From positions 682,001 through 746,000 of the forward strand of contig BQFW01000005.1 in assembly GCA_020891255.1 (NCBI GenBank): 64,000 nt of DNA, written 5' to 3'. Position 1 is the stretch's first letter. Each line of letters begins with the position of its first letter. Source of the stretch: Entomortierella parvispora E1425. Taxonomy: Eukaryota; Fungi; Mortierellomycota. Below, piece after piece: positions 43,398 through 54,478 of this stretch. Below the pieces are notes generated by a model, which saw only the letters and a program-made list of their open reading frames with translations, ran no database searches and was not told the DNA's origin. A program made the translations under genes and the position numbers.

Positions 43398-46300
43398 TCA
43401 AGATGCCAACTCCTGATCCCCTGGATGCTCAATCGATGCCAAATGACGCAGCACATCCTTTTTCGTGATCAGTCCCAGGAGCTGCCCGTGTTGAGTGCAA
43501 AGAACATAGCGGACTCCTAGTTTCCTGAAAATTACAATAACCTGATCCATCGGGAACCGATGTGATACTGTGATTGGTGTCTGGTCCATCCATAACCGAA
43601 ACTCGATAAACGCAGGCGTGTTTTCCAGAATCGGTACCACGTTTCCTGCTGGCGTGTTCCCTGGAAGATTTCGTTTCCTGGCTTCGTCAATCGCATACCG
43701 AAGTTCGGTTCTGGAGATATAGCCGACCAGCATCATGTCTCTCAGCGAGTTCACTACCGGGTAACCCTTGTACGCCGTCTCATGCAATAAGTTGTCCAGA
43801 GAATCCAATGTATTGCCGGTTGCTGTCACGACCACAATATCCTCAACGGGTGTCATGACCTGAGAAGCAGTCGTGTTCAACTTGTACTCTTCTTTGTCGT
43901 CCAAGAACGGGTATCCACACAGAAGAATGATGCCGTCAAAGATTCCTTCCTTTCCGAACGCGTCACCTACCCATTTACTCGTCATCACTAGGTTTTCGTA
44001 GAAAAATTATGAAACCATATTAGGCATCTTCATTTGCAGATGACATGGTCAATAAACAAAAAATACATACCAACGATCATAATGGGCAACACGTAAGTCA
44101 ATGCCCCTGTAAGCTCAAACATGATAATAACCAAGGAGACTGTCATGCGAGTGACTCCACCCATGAAAGCGGCGGCGCCGACCATGGCGTAAGATCCGGG
44201 GGTCACGCAAGGTTCGTCAGAAAGACAGGATGCAAAGATCCAGAATCCAGGATGGGCCACTTGCCAAGCCTGGACAACCATTCCCAAGGCACGTCCAAAC
44301 AAGGCTCCAATGACCATCGAGGGCATGAAGATACCAGCGGGAATGGCAAGTCCAAATGTTAAAATTGTCAGCAATCCTTTGACGGCACTCGCAGAGAACA
44401 GAGAAAATACGCGCAAGGTAACGCCTCCCTCACTGAATTGACAACAAAAAAAAAAAAAAAAAAAGGAGTGCATGAACGTTAGAAGCTAGATCAGTCCCAC
44501 AAGACTCGTCTCTACCGGAGACCTCTCTAGACTTACTCGCACAAGCCATGGTAGTTGGTGGCTCCGCTATCGCACGCGCGGAAAAGATTGGCCAAGAGCT
44601 CTGGAGCTTGCACTCTATGAACCAGGAACGTTGTTGTGTTAGTATGAACCTACAGTTGATAAGATAGACGATGTAGTGATCTCTTACCGAGTAAAAATAT
44701 TAAGGTAGCCCACGACAGCTGTCAAAAGACAAACAGCAAAGACCTCATAAATGGGAAAGTATCGCAGCCACGATGTTTTCCTGAACGCCGCCAGTCTCAA
44801 ATTCATTCGAATAAAGAAAGCTCCCCAAAGTCCCTAGAAGGAAGACGTTTGGTTAGATGACCAGACTCAAAAGTAAATCTCAGTCAAGCGCGTCAGGACC
44901 ACTTACTCCAAGAATACCGAGAATCATGTAAAAGAACATCTCGAATCCGTGCCAGTCACGATCGTACGAAACCTGGAAGACAACCAGCTTCTCAGTCCTG
45001 AATGGATCCATTAATTTCAACGCCACAGCGGCAGCCATGGCGCAGAAGAAAGAGTGCCACATCGTATCAGATGAGAAATAATACGACATTTCCTCCAAAG
45101 AAAATACCACCCCACCGATGGGAGCTCCGAACGCGACAGAGATACCGGCCGAGGCAGCAGCAGACAAAATCTCTCGCATCTTGGCCTCGTTCCGCTTAAA
45201 CTTTGGAAAGATTCGCGGCAAAATGTTGCCAATACAACAAGAGATGTGTAGAAGGGGACCTTCCTTTCCCAGCGAGAGTCCAGCTGCAGTTGAAAGAACC
45301 AAGGTCACCGTCTTGATCACCAAAGTCTCCAAACCGAGATAATGACGAATAACAAATCCTCCGAGAATAGTCTTGACCTCTGGGATTCCTGACCCCTCCG
45401 CATACGGTGCAAACGTCTTGACGAGGTATGCAGCCGTCGTCGCAAAGGTGAGCGCAAACATAATATAAAACACGTAGCCCACAAGGAATGTGGCACTGTT
45501 CCATGGTACCCAATCGGTACATGCATCGTCTATTGAGCATGGGATAGACCAGAGTCAACTACCATTTTTTTTTTTTTCATTCCAAGGTAACAGTCATAGA
45601 TATGAGGCATCACTCCTACCTTCTAGACCCCAACAGCAGAAATTTCTGTTGAGATAAAACGCGGTATCACAATATCCTTCCTTGATGTCACCGAGCCACT
45701 GAGAGGCAATATCGGAGCCACCAGCCACAATACCAGCTGCAATTCCAACCGCCAGCACAACGACCCACCCTTGGATCCAATCGTACATGACAGCAATTTG
45801 GCCCGCCACTCCTGGTTGGCGGTGGAGTCTCCGCGTCCTTTGTCGCTCTTCTGCAAAGTCGTGAATCCAATCTATTAGAGAGGGAGAGGGAGAGTAAAAT
45901 GCCGACAAGGATACGTTATCAGAAGGAGATTCCACTGGTTTGTTGGTTGCGACCGTATGGCCTGTTGGTTGAGATCATCCGGCCTGTTCCTTATGTACTA
46001 TTGATTCTTACCAATTGTGGTGAAATCATCATAGGCAACTCGCATTCCTGTCCCTTCCACGACCCAGTCTACTGCATCATCATGATACGGGTTTGGCCCG
46101 CCCGTATAAATGGGACTTGGGTTCGAGCCTCCAGTACTTGGGAAATCAGAGCCGATATTGTCGCTACCTCCAGCAGAAGTACCCCCGTCGCCACTTCCTG
46201 CTGAGCCAGGTTGGCCATAAGATGATGTCCTAGGCAAGAATATTTTCCCAGGATATCGCCCTTGACTTCTCATCCGAGATGCAGAGCTGAAGGGGCCGAT

Positions 46301-47220
46301 TCCTAACCGTGGGGACCCTGTCCTGCCAGAGCCCTGGCCTGCACTGCCTATCATCCCAGAGGATCCGCCAGAGCTGCCGCCCATGGCAGCGGGTATAGCG
46401 ACACCCAGTCGACTCAGGAAGCTGTTGGGTTTAGTCCTGCTCTCGGGTTGGTTCCTGTTCTTGAAGAAATTAAAGTCGTGTCGACTCCTGTCAACAGAGG
46501 AAAGAGAGCAAACAAAACGGGCGCGGGCCACAGAGTCAGTGCACCGCCCATGCATGCAAAGTATAAAAATGTCTGGCAGCTGTCCATTCGCTTCCATCTT
46601 GAGATTCAAGGCGTCTTCAGCCCAAGTGCTTTCTGTTCCCTCGAAGGATATACTTACTCTAATCCTCGAATAGGCTCTTGTGGCTGCAACGGTGTTTCCG
46701 AATCCGCGTCTTCTTCATCGTCCTCATCCTCTTCATCCACACCGTCGATCCTGTCTATGGCCTGATCATCCTCTTCATCCACGGACTGCGTCAAGTTCTG
46801 GAGGGTTCTTGATCCTTTCCGTGTAGCTTTCCTTGATTTGCCGTTCCCGCTCCCAGAAACACGCTTTGGATCCAGTCCTTGTTCTTCCTCCAAGAGGTCC
46901 TCTTCTTCCTCGTCCGCTTCCTCAGGCCCAAAGAGAGCCTTTCTTCTAAATCCTGATCCTCCAAGAGCCAGTCCTAGAGAGGTGCCTCGTTGGATGGCAG
47001 GACTCATCCCCGGTTGGAGTGCCATGTGCGCTAAGGGCGAGTTGACGGATGTGGTGTCATCAAATCCGTAGATAGGCGAAGCAAGGTCGGCGTTGGCCGG
47101 GTGTGGTTCCAGAAGTTGGGATGGGAGGCGTCCAGCGCGGGTATTATTGGAGTTGTTGGAGCGTGAGATTGAGTTTGCAATCATGCCATCGAGGTCATGG
47201 TCGTCATGACTAGAGTCCAT
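43398..47220 (-). CDS. GEF1: CLC-family Cl-/H+ antiporter (Gef1/ClC-3-like) with C-terminal CBS pair, multi-exon
   Basis: YDDFTTI|DWIHD, GSGIPEVKTILGG, GKEGP (gating Glu), FGAPIGGVVFSLEE, GIFMPSM...GALFG, VTRMTVSLVIIMFELTG; CBS domains in 43398-43988. Confidence 0.93.
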
Positions 47221-47839
47221 CTCGAATGAAATGTGCCAAGGCGAGGATGTCCGTTGCGCTGCGAGTCCAATGTAGGAGTGAGAGCAGCAATGTTCAGGCC
47301 CTTGTCGCTGATGTTCCTTCCTGGGTCCTGCTGGGGTGTCCTGAAGAAGTCGAGTGGTGGCCCTGTGGGATGAATGAGCGCCCGTTTGAATGAGAAAAGA
47401 GAGGAGAGAGGGCGAAAGGAGATGCAGTCTTGACGCTCTGGCCGTTGTTCGTGTGGTCCCGCTGGAAGTCGATTCGATTCGCGGATTCGCGGTGACGGTC
47501 ACGTTTTTTTTTTTTTTTCTTTTTTTTCTTTCTTTCATCGACGCGTTTACCGTGATACCTCTTCTTCGTCTCTTGCCTTGCTTTCTTATCCTTTGCAGTA
47601 AGAGAGATGCTAGATCCGGCAGATATCAAAGGTTAGTAGCTGTGTTGTGGCGCGCTTTGTTCTGACCATTAACTTGTTGTTCCCATGATGTTTGTGGGCA
47701 GAAAAAGAAAGAAAAGTTGGCTCCACAAGGCCCAAATCATCTTTCTGTTGCATGCTGGCCATCTCATTTCCAATATAAAAGCAGCTGAAGGGTTACTCTT
47801 TCTCTTCCCCTTGTCTTTCTTTCTTTTTGATCTCCCTCC

Positions 47840-49787
47840 ATGCAGCTCACCAACGATCGTTCGTTAGCACAACAGGAAAGCCGCGATCAAGAATCGGTCC
47901 TACAAGAGCTTTCAAAGTCTATTGAGCAGAGTCGAAAGGAATGTGGCATCCCCGGTATGGCCGTCGCTATCCTTTTCAAGGGGCAGTTGGTCTTTGCAGA
48001 AGGATTCGGTATCCGCAACGAACAGAAGGAGTCATTCACTCCTCAGGTAAACAGCTTGAGCGGTGAAGCGCATGTGCCTTCTAAGACACCAAGAAAATCC
48101 ATAACCAAACGTGAGGGTAGTAATCCCTTTCTGGTTCCGTTAAACACCTCTTGCTTATAGACGCTGTCTCCCATCGGATCCTTGACAAAAGCATTCACAG
48201 CCACAATGATCGGAGAGTTGGTAGCAGAAGGCAAGATGGATTGGAACAAGACCCCCATCAACAAGTATTTGCCCGAATTTGAGCTCCAGGACCCTGCATG
48301 GACTCGAGAGTTGACCATCTCGGATTTACTATCTCATCAAACGGTAGATATGAGGTCTCATTTCGTGGGATGGAAAAGTGGAGAGTCGTTCTGACTGTGC
48401 TTATAGACTATTGATGCAGCTCTGTATATTCTACACTATAGGGCCTTCCCGCGACCTCTTTTCTGTTCCGTCGCAACCAGCACAACCGTCGTGAGACTAT
48501 CAAGGCATTCCAGGACCTAGTACTCCCTGCGAGCCGTCCCCATGTCTCTCGATATCAGTATGGCAACAGTATGTTTGTCGTAGCCGGAGAGGCTGCCGTG
48601 GCCGCATCTGGCATCGACTCTATCGAGGTTGAGGATTTGATCCGCCTCAAAGTCCTGGAGCCTCTCAAGTTACACAACACTGGATTTTCAGCCATGGAAA
48701 TGAAGAAACGATAGCCCCAGAACCGCGCCCGAGCCTTCTTTGCATCGAATCTGGAGCAGGCAAAGGATGAGCAATGGGAGCCGTTAGCGCTGGACGAGTT
48801 TTATTTCGCGAGTGCGGCAGCTGGCAATATGTTTTCGAATGTCTTGGACATGGTGCGATAAGGAAAAGTTGTCATTGACCATGGAAGTGTCGAAGACAAA
48901 GACGAGAAGGAAGGGAACGACGGGAGGAAGGGGAGGCGTCAGATTCTGAACGAAAGGAGCGTTCAAGAGACCTTGACCCCAAAGGTCATAACCCCAGTTG
49001 GTTCACCCAGAACGCCAGAGTTTCCTTTGGTGATTGGATACGCCTTTGGGTGGGGTGGGGTGTCAATTCATTCAAAGGCCAGGCATACTATCATCATAGC
49101 AAGGTGGCACCTCATTATTTCTCTCTACTTCTATCTGAATTAATGAGATGCTCAGTTCCCGATCATCCAACTAAACTAACCTCTGTACACGACCATTTCA
49201 CTCAATTTTAAAGGCGGTGCCATATCTGGATTCTCTTCCTATATATCCATGTTCCCAGACGCGGATCTCGTGATTGCTCAGGTGTACAACATCACGGAGA
49301 ACCAACTTAGCGTCAACCTGACATACCATATTGCGGACGTTCTCTTGGACCTACCTCGAACGCAGGATTGGTTAATGGATGTCGATGTCAAGAAGACAAA
49401 AGACTCGTACATGAACATGGCCAAGCGATCCCGGTACGAACTCCCGAAACAAATCCCAACATGGCGCGATTCCATACGGACATGGAGGCGTACGTGGGAG
49501 AGTTTGTTAGCCCAACCAATCAAGAGATTGTGGTTCGACTGGAAAAAACTCAAAACTCAGAAGGAGAGGAACAAGGAGAAGAACGCCCTCGATTGGTATT
49601 CAAGATGTGGCAGGTTGAGGAGGAGTTGGTGCATTACCACCTTGACTCGTTCGTCATGGACTTGACCGATATGAGCTTGAGAGGTCGTATTTTGGCTACT
49701 TTCCAAACCGGGCCCATGGGAAAGGTGGACGCTATCGTGTTGGGCCACATTAAAGAAGTTTCGATGCTCTTCAAGCGAAAACTATAG
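47840..49787 (+). pseudogene. Beta-lactamase-family serine hydrolase with a C-terminal DUF3471-like region; disrupted
   Basis: GIPGMAVAI, SLTK (SxxK), LLSHQT|GLP and YGN (YxN). In-frame TAG at 48712 and TAA at 48859, a 5-bp GGGGT insertion at 49057-49061, and a further frame change at ~49450-49480. Confidence 0.85.
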
Positions 49788-49923
49788 CTCCTGAATGGAG
49801 ATGAAGATTCCTTTGAGGTTTTTATTTCTTTATCGTCATCTTTGCTCTTTTATCGTGCCCTCCTCTTCTCATTGAATAAACTCCGGAGTTTCACATCCTT
49901 ACCCGGGTCCTTGGCGATCCTGC

Positions 49924-51756
49924 CTAAGAGCATCCCCAAAGAAGTCCACTCAAACGCGTAATCCAATCCACCTCCTGCTCTGACCAGTCCTCCTCACCGC
50001 AAATCACGAGATTCAACATTTTCAGGTCTGGGAGTCGTTTCCCCAAGGCCTCTAGCTGTCCTCCTCGACTTCTTAGCCTTAGATCCAGGCCTGCCATCGT
50101 CCCCCCTCCATCGACTGGAAACGTTTCCTGCCGTGGATACATCTCCAGCTGCTCCAATTTTTTGAGTCGGGTCAACTGTCGAAGAACGAAATACTGTTCC
50201 CGATCATGTTTCCGTTGCAATTCCTCCGCAGGCGTTAGACAAAAGGTGATCTTCAGGGTCTTGATCCCAAGACAGACCCAGTTTCGGGTTCCTCCCTCCA
50301 TGAACCCAAAGTCCTCGCTATCCACATCTTCAACATCTTTATCCTTGGATGGGTCCGAAGCCCAAAGGTTGTTAAAGTCTCTTGACAGGTCCTCCACTTC
50401 ACAAGTGTCCCAGTCCTCCATTTCACAAGTGTCCCAGTCCTCCTCCTTCTCTTTCTCCCTTTGCTCTTCATCTTCACCGTTTTTGTTCATCAGCGCCGAT
50501 TTCGGGACCATGTCTGAAGCAAGAATGTTATCGCCCATGAACTGCTCCAAGGCTGGACAGCTGGCAAGTATATCCAAGATCATTAGACTAGTCACCTCAA
50601 GGCAGTTGTAAAGGTGCAGGATTCGGATTGTTTCCGAATGGTGACACATCAGCGACATGGTCGCATCCTTGCCAAACGAACTCCAGGCCATGATTAACGT
50701 CGTGGCCGGTGCAATCCCATCCAGGACCGCCGCCAAGGCCTCATCAGTCGTCCCGGTGCAGTTCATATCAACTGACTCCAAAAAACGACATGCCTTGTAA
50801 TGTGCCATCCATCTCTGCAGTTCAACCGACACTGGAGGGCTCTTGTCGGCGGGACGCCATCGAAAGGCTCTTAAAGAAGGGCACTGTATCGCCATTTGGA
50901 CCTGGGTTTCGATAGAAAGGGTAGGCAGGGATTCCAGCGTAAGGTTTTCCATATTCTTGAATAGAACATTGACTGGAAAACAGGCCAGGAGAGGATCCAG
51001 CGCATGGTCGACGTTGAACATTGCAGTCACCCTTCGAACAGAGGGATTGGGAAGCGGGATTCCCAGGTTTGAAAAGTGGAGGACAAGGGTCTTAATTTGG
51101 GTCGTGCAGGCTCTCCAGAAAGCGCGCATGTGCGAAGGCTGTACATGGCATCGAGATACATGGAGGGTTCTGATCAGCGGGGTCTCTGCGATCATTGTCC
51201 AAAATTCAACAGGGAGTTGCGATTGGTTATAGAGATGGACGGTGTGGAGACACTGGGCACTTTGCTTCATCAGGTCTACAATGGCTATATAGACGAGATC
51301 TGGAAACTCTGGGGTCCAGAATTCGTTCTCCAGTTTTTTCCATTGGATTTCCTCGAGCGACAGGTCAGAGGCGGTATCTTCAGAGGAGCTATGGGATTTA
51401 TGATCCATTTGTGCAGTGAATCTTAGTCTCCATTCGTCATGCCAGTTCGAGACGACTGAGAGTTTCTCGATTCGAGTGCAGCTGGGGATAGAGTACAAAG
51501 TAAGCGGGATGAGGCCCGAGAACTGTAGATCGCGGATCGAGCGTCCGTAGCTTATGAGAGACTCGCTCGAGGGATTCTTCCAGAATCTATTGAAGGGAAA
51601 GACCTCGACTTTTCGGTAGAGGAGATCACCAAAGATATTGTTCCAGTCTCGGCAGACAAGACAGCAGTTGGCATAGTCATCCCGAGCGAGATAAAGACTG
51701 ATGTGGAGAGCAATCTCGGGGATATTCAGGGGCGAGCGGGCCATGGTCGAGTGCAA
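49924..51756 (-). CDS. F-box/LRR protein, 610 aa, intronless
   Basis: PLNIPEIALHISLYLARDDYANCCLVCRDWNNIF; C-terminal WVCLGIKTL...LTRLKKLEQL...LDLRLRSRGGQLEAL...EVDWI. Confidence 0.87.
   Translation of the reverse strand: MHSTMARSPLNIPEIALHISLYLARDDYANCCLVCRDWNNIFGDLLYRKVEVFPFNRFWKNPSSESLISYGRSIRDLQFSGLIPLTLYSIPSCTRIEKLSVVSNWHDEWRLRFTAQMDHKSHSSSEDTASDLSLEEIQWKKLENEFWTPEFPDLVYIAIVDLMKQSAQCLHTVHLYNQSQLPVEFWTMIAETPLIRTLHVSRCHVQPSHMRAFWRACTTQIKTLVLHFSNLGIPLPNPSVRRVTAMFNVDHALDPLLACFPVNVLFKNMENLTLESLPTLSIETQVQMAIQCPSLRAFRWRPADKSPPVSVELQRWMAHYKACRFLESVDMNCTGTTDEALAAVLDGIAPATTLIMAWSSFGKDATMSLMCHHSETIRILHLYNCLEVTSLMILDILASCPALEQFMGDNILASDMVPKSALMNKNGEDEEQREKEKEEDWDTCEMEDWDTCEVEDLSRDFNNLWASDPSKDKDVEDVDSEDFGFMEGGTRNWVCLGIKTLKITFCLTPAEELQRKHDREQYFVLRQLTRLKKLEQLEMYPRQETFPVDGGGTMAGLDLRLRSRGGQLEALGKRLPDLKMLNLVICGEEDWSEQEVDWITRLSGLLWGCS
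50389..50443. repeat. 24-bp in-frame coding tandem repeat (EDWDTCE[M/V] x2)
   Basis: GTCCTCCAYTTCACAAGTGTCCCA twice, plus GTCCTCC. Confidence 0.9.
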
Positions 51757-51945
51757 CAGGGGAGAGGAAGGAAGGTCGAACGAAAGTTGGTGAAAAACGG
51801 GCTGGTTGCGGGGGCACAGTTTTATAATGAGCTACTAGTGGTAGGCTGTTACCAAAGTGGGCTGTATGAATGAAAAAAGATGGATGGGTGGATGCATGAG
51901 ACGAAGGGCCATGTCAGAGAATGCTGCAATGAGAAAGGCGGTGCT

Positions 51946-52043
51946 CAGCCTTCCTTGTGCGCAGGAAAAGCGACACGGCCCATGCACGGCCCAGCCTTCC
52001 TTGTGCGCAGGAAAAGCGACACGGCCCATGCACGGCCCAGCCT
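51946..52043. repeat. Perfect 46-bp tandem duplication plus 6 bp
   Basis: CAGCCTTCCTTGTGCGCAGGAAAAGCGACACGGCCCATGCACGGCC at 51946 and 51992. Confidence 0.92.
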
Positions 52044-52207
52044 GACCCGGGAATCGTCACTTTCATGCGGCGTGCTGGACGCGTTCAAAGACGCGTAGGA
52101 TGACTCTATTGTTGTATTCTTTTTTTTTTTTTTTTTTTTTTTTTGGCTGTATGGTCTTTGACCTCTATGATAAATGAGAATGAATGACATGCTTATCTCT
52201 GTTCCAC

Positions 52208-54227
52208 CTACAGTCCCCATCCAGGCCCCTGCATCTCGATCAGTCGACTCTCAGCGCGCTGGACAGCAAACTTTTCTTCTTCACCCGAGAAGATGGGACT
52301 CTTCTTGACCTGCGATACTTCGTTCAAGCCCAAGTCGTCCATCATCTGTCGCTGCGCTGGTGTCAGTTCCCCCATTGTTGAAGGATCCTCCTCTGTCGTA
52401 TGGGCGCCTGATCCACCGCCAAAGATATCAGAGATGGGTCCATCCGCAGTGCAAACAAGCTTAACCTCGCATTCGTACAAAGCATCAATGAGTGTGATCA
52501 AACGTCTAGTCTCATTCCTGTGAAGAGTCGTGGGCTTAAGTTTGGGGATGTCGGTGAGGATCAAGGTTTTGACATTGGAGGCGAGGTGCAGATAGTCAGC
52601 TGCGCTGAGTGACTATAAGAACATGAGAGAAGAAAAAAAAAGTATCAGTCAGGGTTCCAAGTGTAATTCAACCACCGTCCTCCAGAGACTGTTCGGTACT
52701 TTACCTTGGCACATAGATCGTTAAAAGAGCACATGGCAATATCGCCGGCTGTCTGAGGAAGAACCAACTCTCGTCCCAAAAAGCCCATTCTCTTCTCATG
52801 GACGGCTCCTCCATTACGGATCGAGTCAAAGTACACCTGGACATCCTTTTGAGTATCTGGTCCTAGTGGCCAGAAGAATCTCTTTTCTTCCACTAACGCA
52901 ATCGCATCTGGTGCCTTAATCTTTGACAATCCTGTTGATGCACCAGCCACAGCCTGTCCAGCAGCACTTCGTTTACTCTTGTCAGCAGGACGAGCCGAAT
53001 GGAAAAAGGTCTTTTTCTCTCGGCGGTAATCAATACCTCCATCCAAGCACTTGACCACGCAGTGTTCTTCCAAGACAGCGATTCCAGGAAGGAAACTCTC
53101 TCTTTGGATGCCGTTCTTGTACAGCTCTGATGGATGCCTGTTACTTGTTGTTACCAGAACTACACCTCGGTTGACCACCAATTCCTCCAACAGACGTCTC
53201 AACAACATGGCGTCCGCAATATCGGTGACCTGGAACTCGTCCAGGCAGAGGACTCGACTCTCCATAGCCAACGAATCAGCCAAAAAGGGGATGGGGTCCT
53301 TATGCTGATGGGTCGTTGTCTTAAGTTGATGAAGTCGTCCGTGTAACTGCAACATAAAGTTGTGAAAGTGAATTCTCTTCTTGTCCGAGCGGGGAAGAGA
53401 GTTGTAAAAGAGATCCATGAGCATTGTCTTTCCAGTGCCGACACTTCCGTACAGGTATAAGCCCTTGGGGATCGCAGCCAAACGTGCTTCTTCAGCTTCC
53501 TTTGCAAGTCTTTCCTGCTCTTTTCTGTTAAAAATGCTTGTGAACTAGAGAAAGGGCAGAAGATAGAATGTCCTGTAAGAAGAAGGGGCCGGATGGTCAT
53601 TAGAAACACCCATGAAGAGTTGCAAGTAGGACTCAAACCTTTGAAAAGATTCCAGAGTTCTCCTCGACAGTCCCTGCTGCTCCTCCTTCGACGATCGGCT
53701 CCGGGGTATAGTTCTTTAATCGATCGTGCAGATCCTGCAGCGTCTCGATAATTGTCCTTTGAAAAGCGTCTTCCTTCAACGATCCTGAGGCAATGAGGGC
53801 ATTGTACTCCTCCAGAGGACCTATAAAAACCAACAGTAGAGAAAGAGGGAGGTTTAGAACAGCTTGCCTTTTTTCTCCGTATTCGCATCCAAAGACGTTC
53901 CGCAACGGTCAACAAAAAACAGGTTAGTGAATTACCAACGGCGGAATCGTCTGATTCATTGGTTGTTGTCGACATGGTGCGCTTTGAATCCAGCATGGAG
54001 AGCAATGAGGAGTTCTTGGTCACAATGGTCTGGGCGAGACGCATGTCAAACGGGGTCTGCTTCACAAAGGAAGACGATGCAAGGGCAGAAGCCGAGATTG
54101 GCCTAGAGGACCGCGAGTGAATCGATCGGGGGTTGGATCCCGATGTTGCTCGGGGCATGGCGCGAAGTCTGGCTGGTGCTCCAGGGAGAGCTGCAGCTCG
54201 CCTGCATGCGCTTGCTGCTCCTGACAT
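52208..54227 (-). CDS. AFG1: AFG1/LACE1-like mitochondrial ATPase, multi-exon
   Basis: Arg/Ser-rich presequence, PLEEYNALIASGSLKEDAFQ, PKGLYLYGSVGTGKTMLMDLF (Walker A), LCLDEFQVTDIADAM (Walker B), TSNRHP, RRLITLIDALYE, FAVQRAESRLIEMQ. Confidence 0.94.
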
Positions 54228-54478
54228 GACTGGGGGTTGAATGGATGAGGGGAGAGAATGAATGAATGAACAAAAGAATGAAGGCGAGGCTGAATATCTG
54301 CAAGCTTCGGCAATGTGTTTCCCCTGGGCGCAAGAGATCGGAGAGCGGAGAGCGGAGAGAGAGAGTGACTGCTGCTTTGAGCACGCACGTCCTTCTCTTT
54401 CTTTCGTTCCTTGCTTCTACAGTATTCACCCTTTCGGCTCGGCCTTCCACCCTCAACTTTTCAGGAACGGACAATGGA

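Noticed and set aside
54266-54478. N-terminal extension of the 844-aa ORF
   Set aside because: It is a pyrimidine-rich leader in the short divergent spacer with AFG1. The F-box begins just after ATG 54479.
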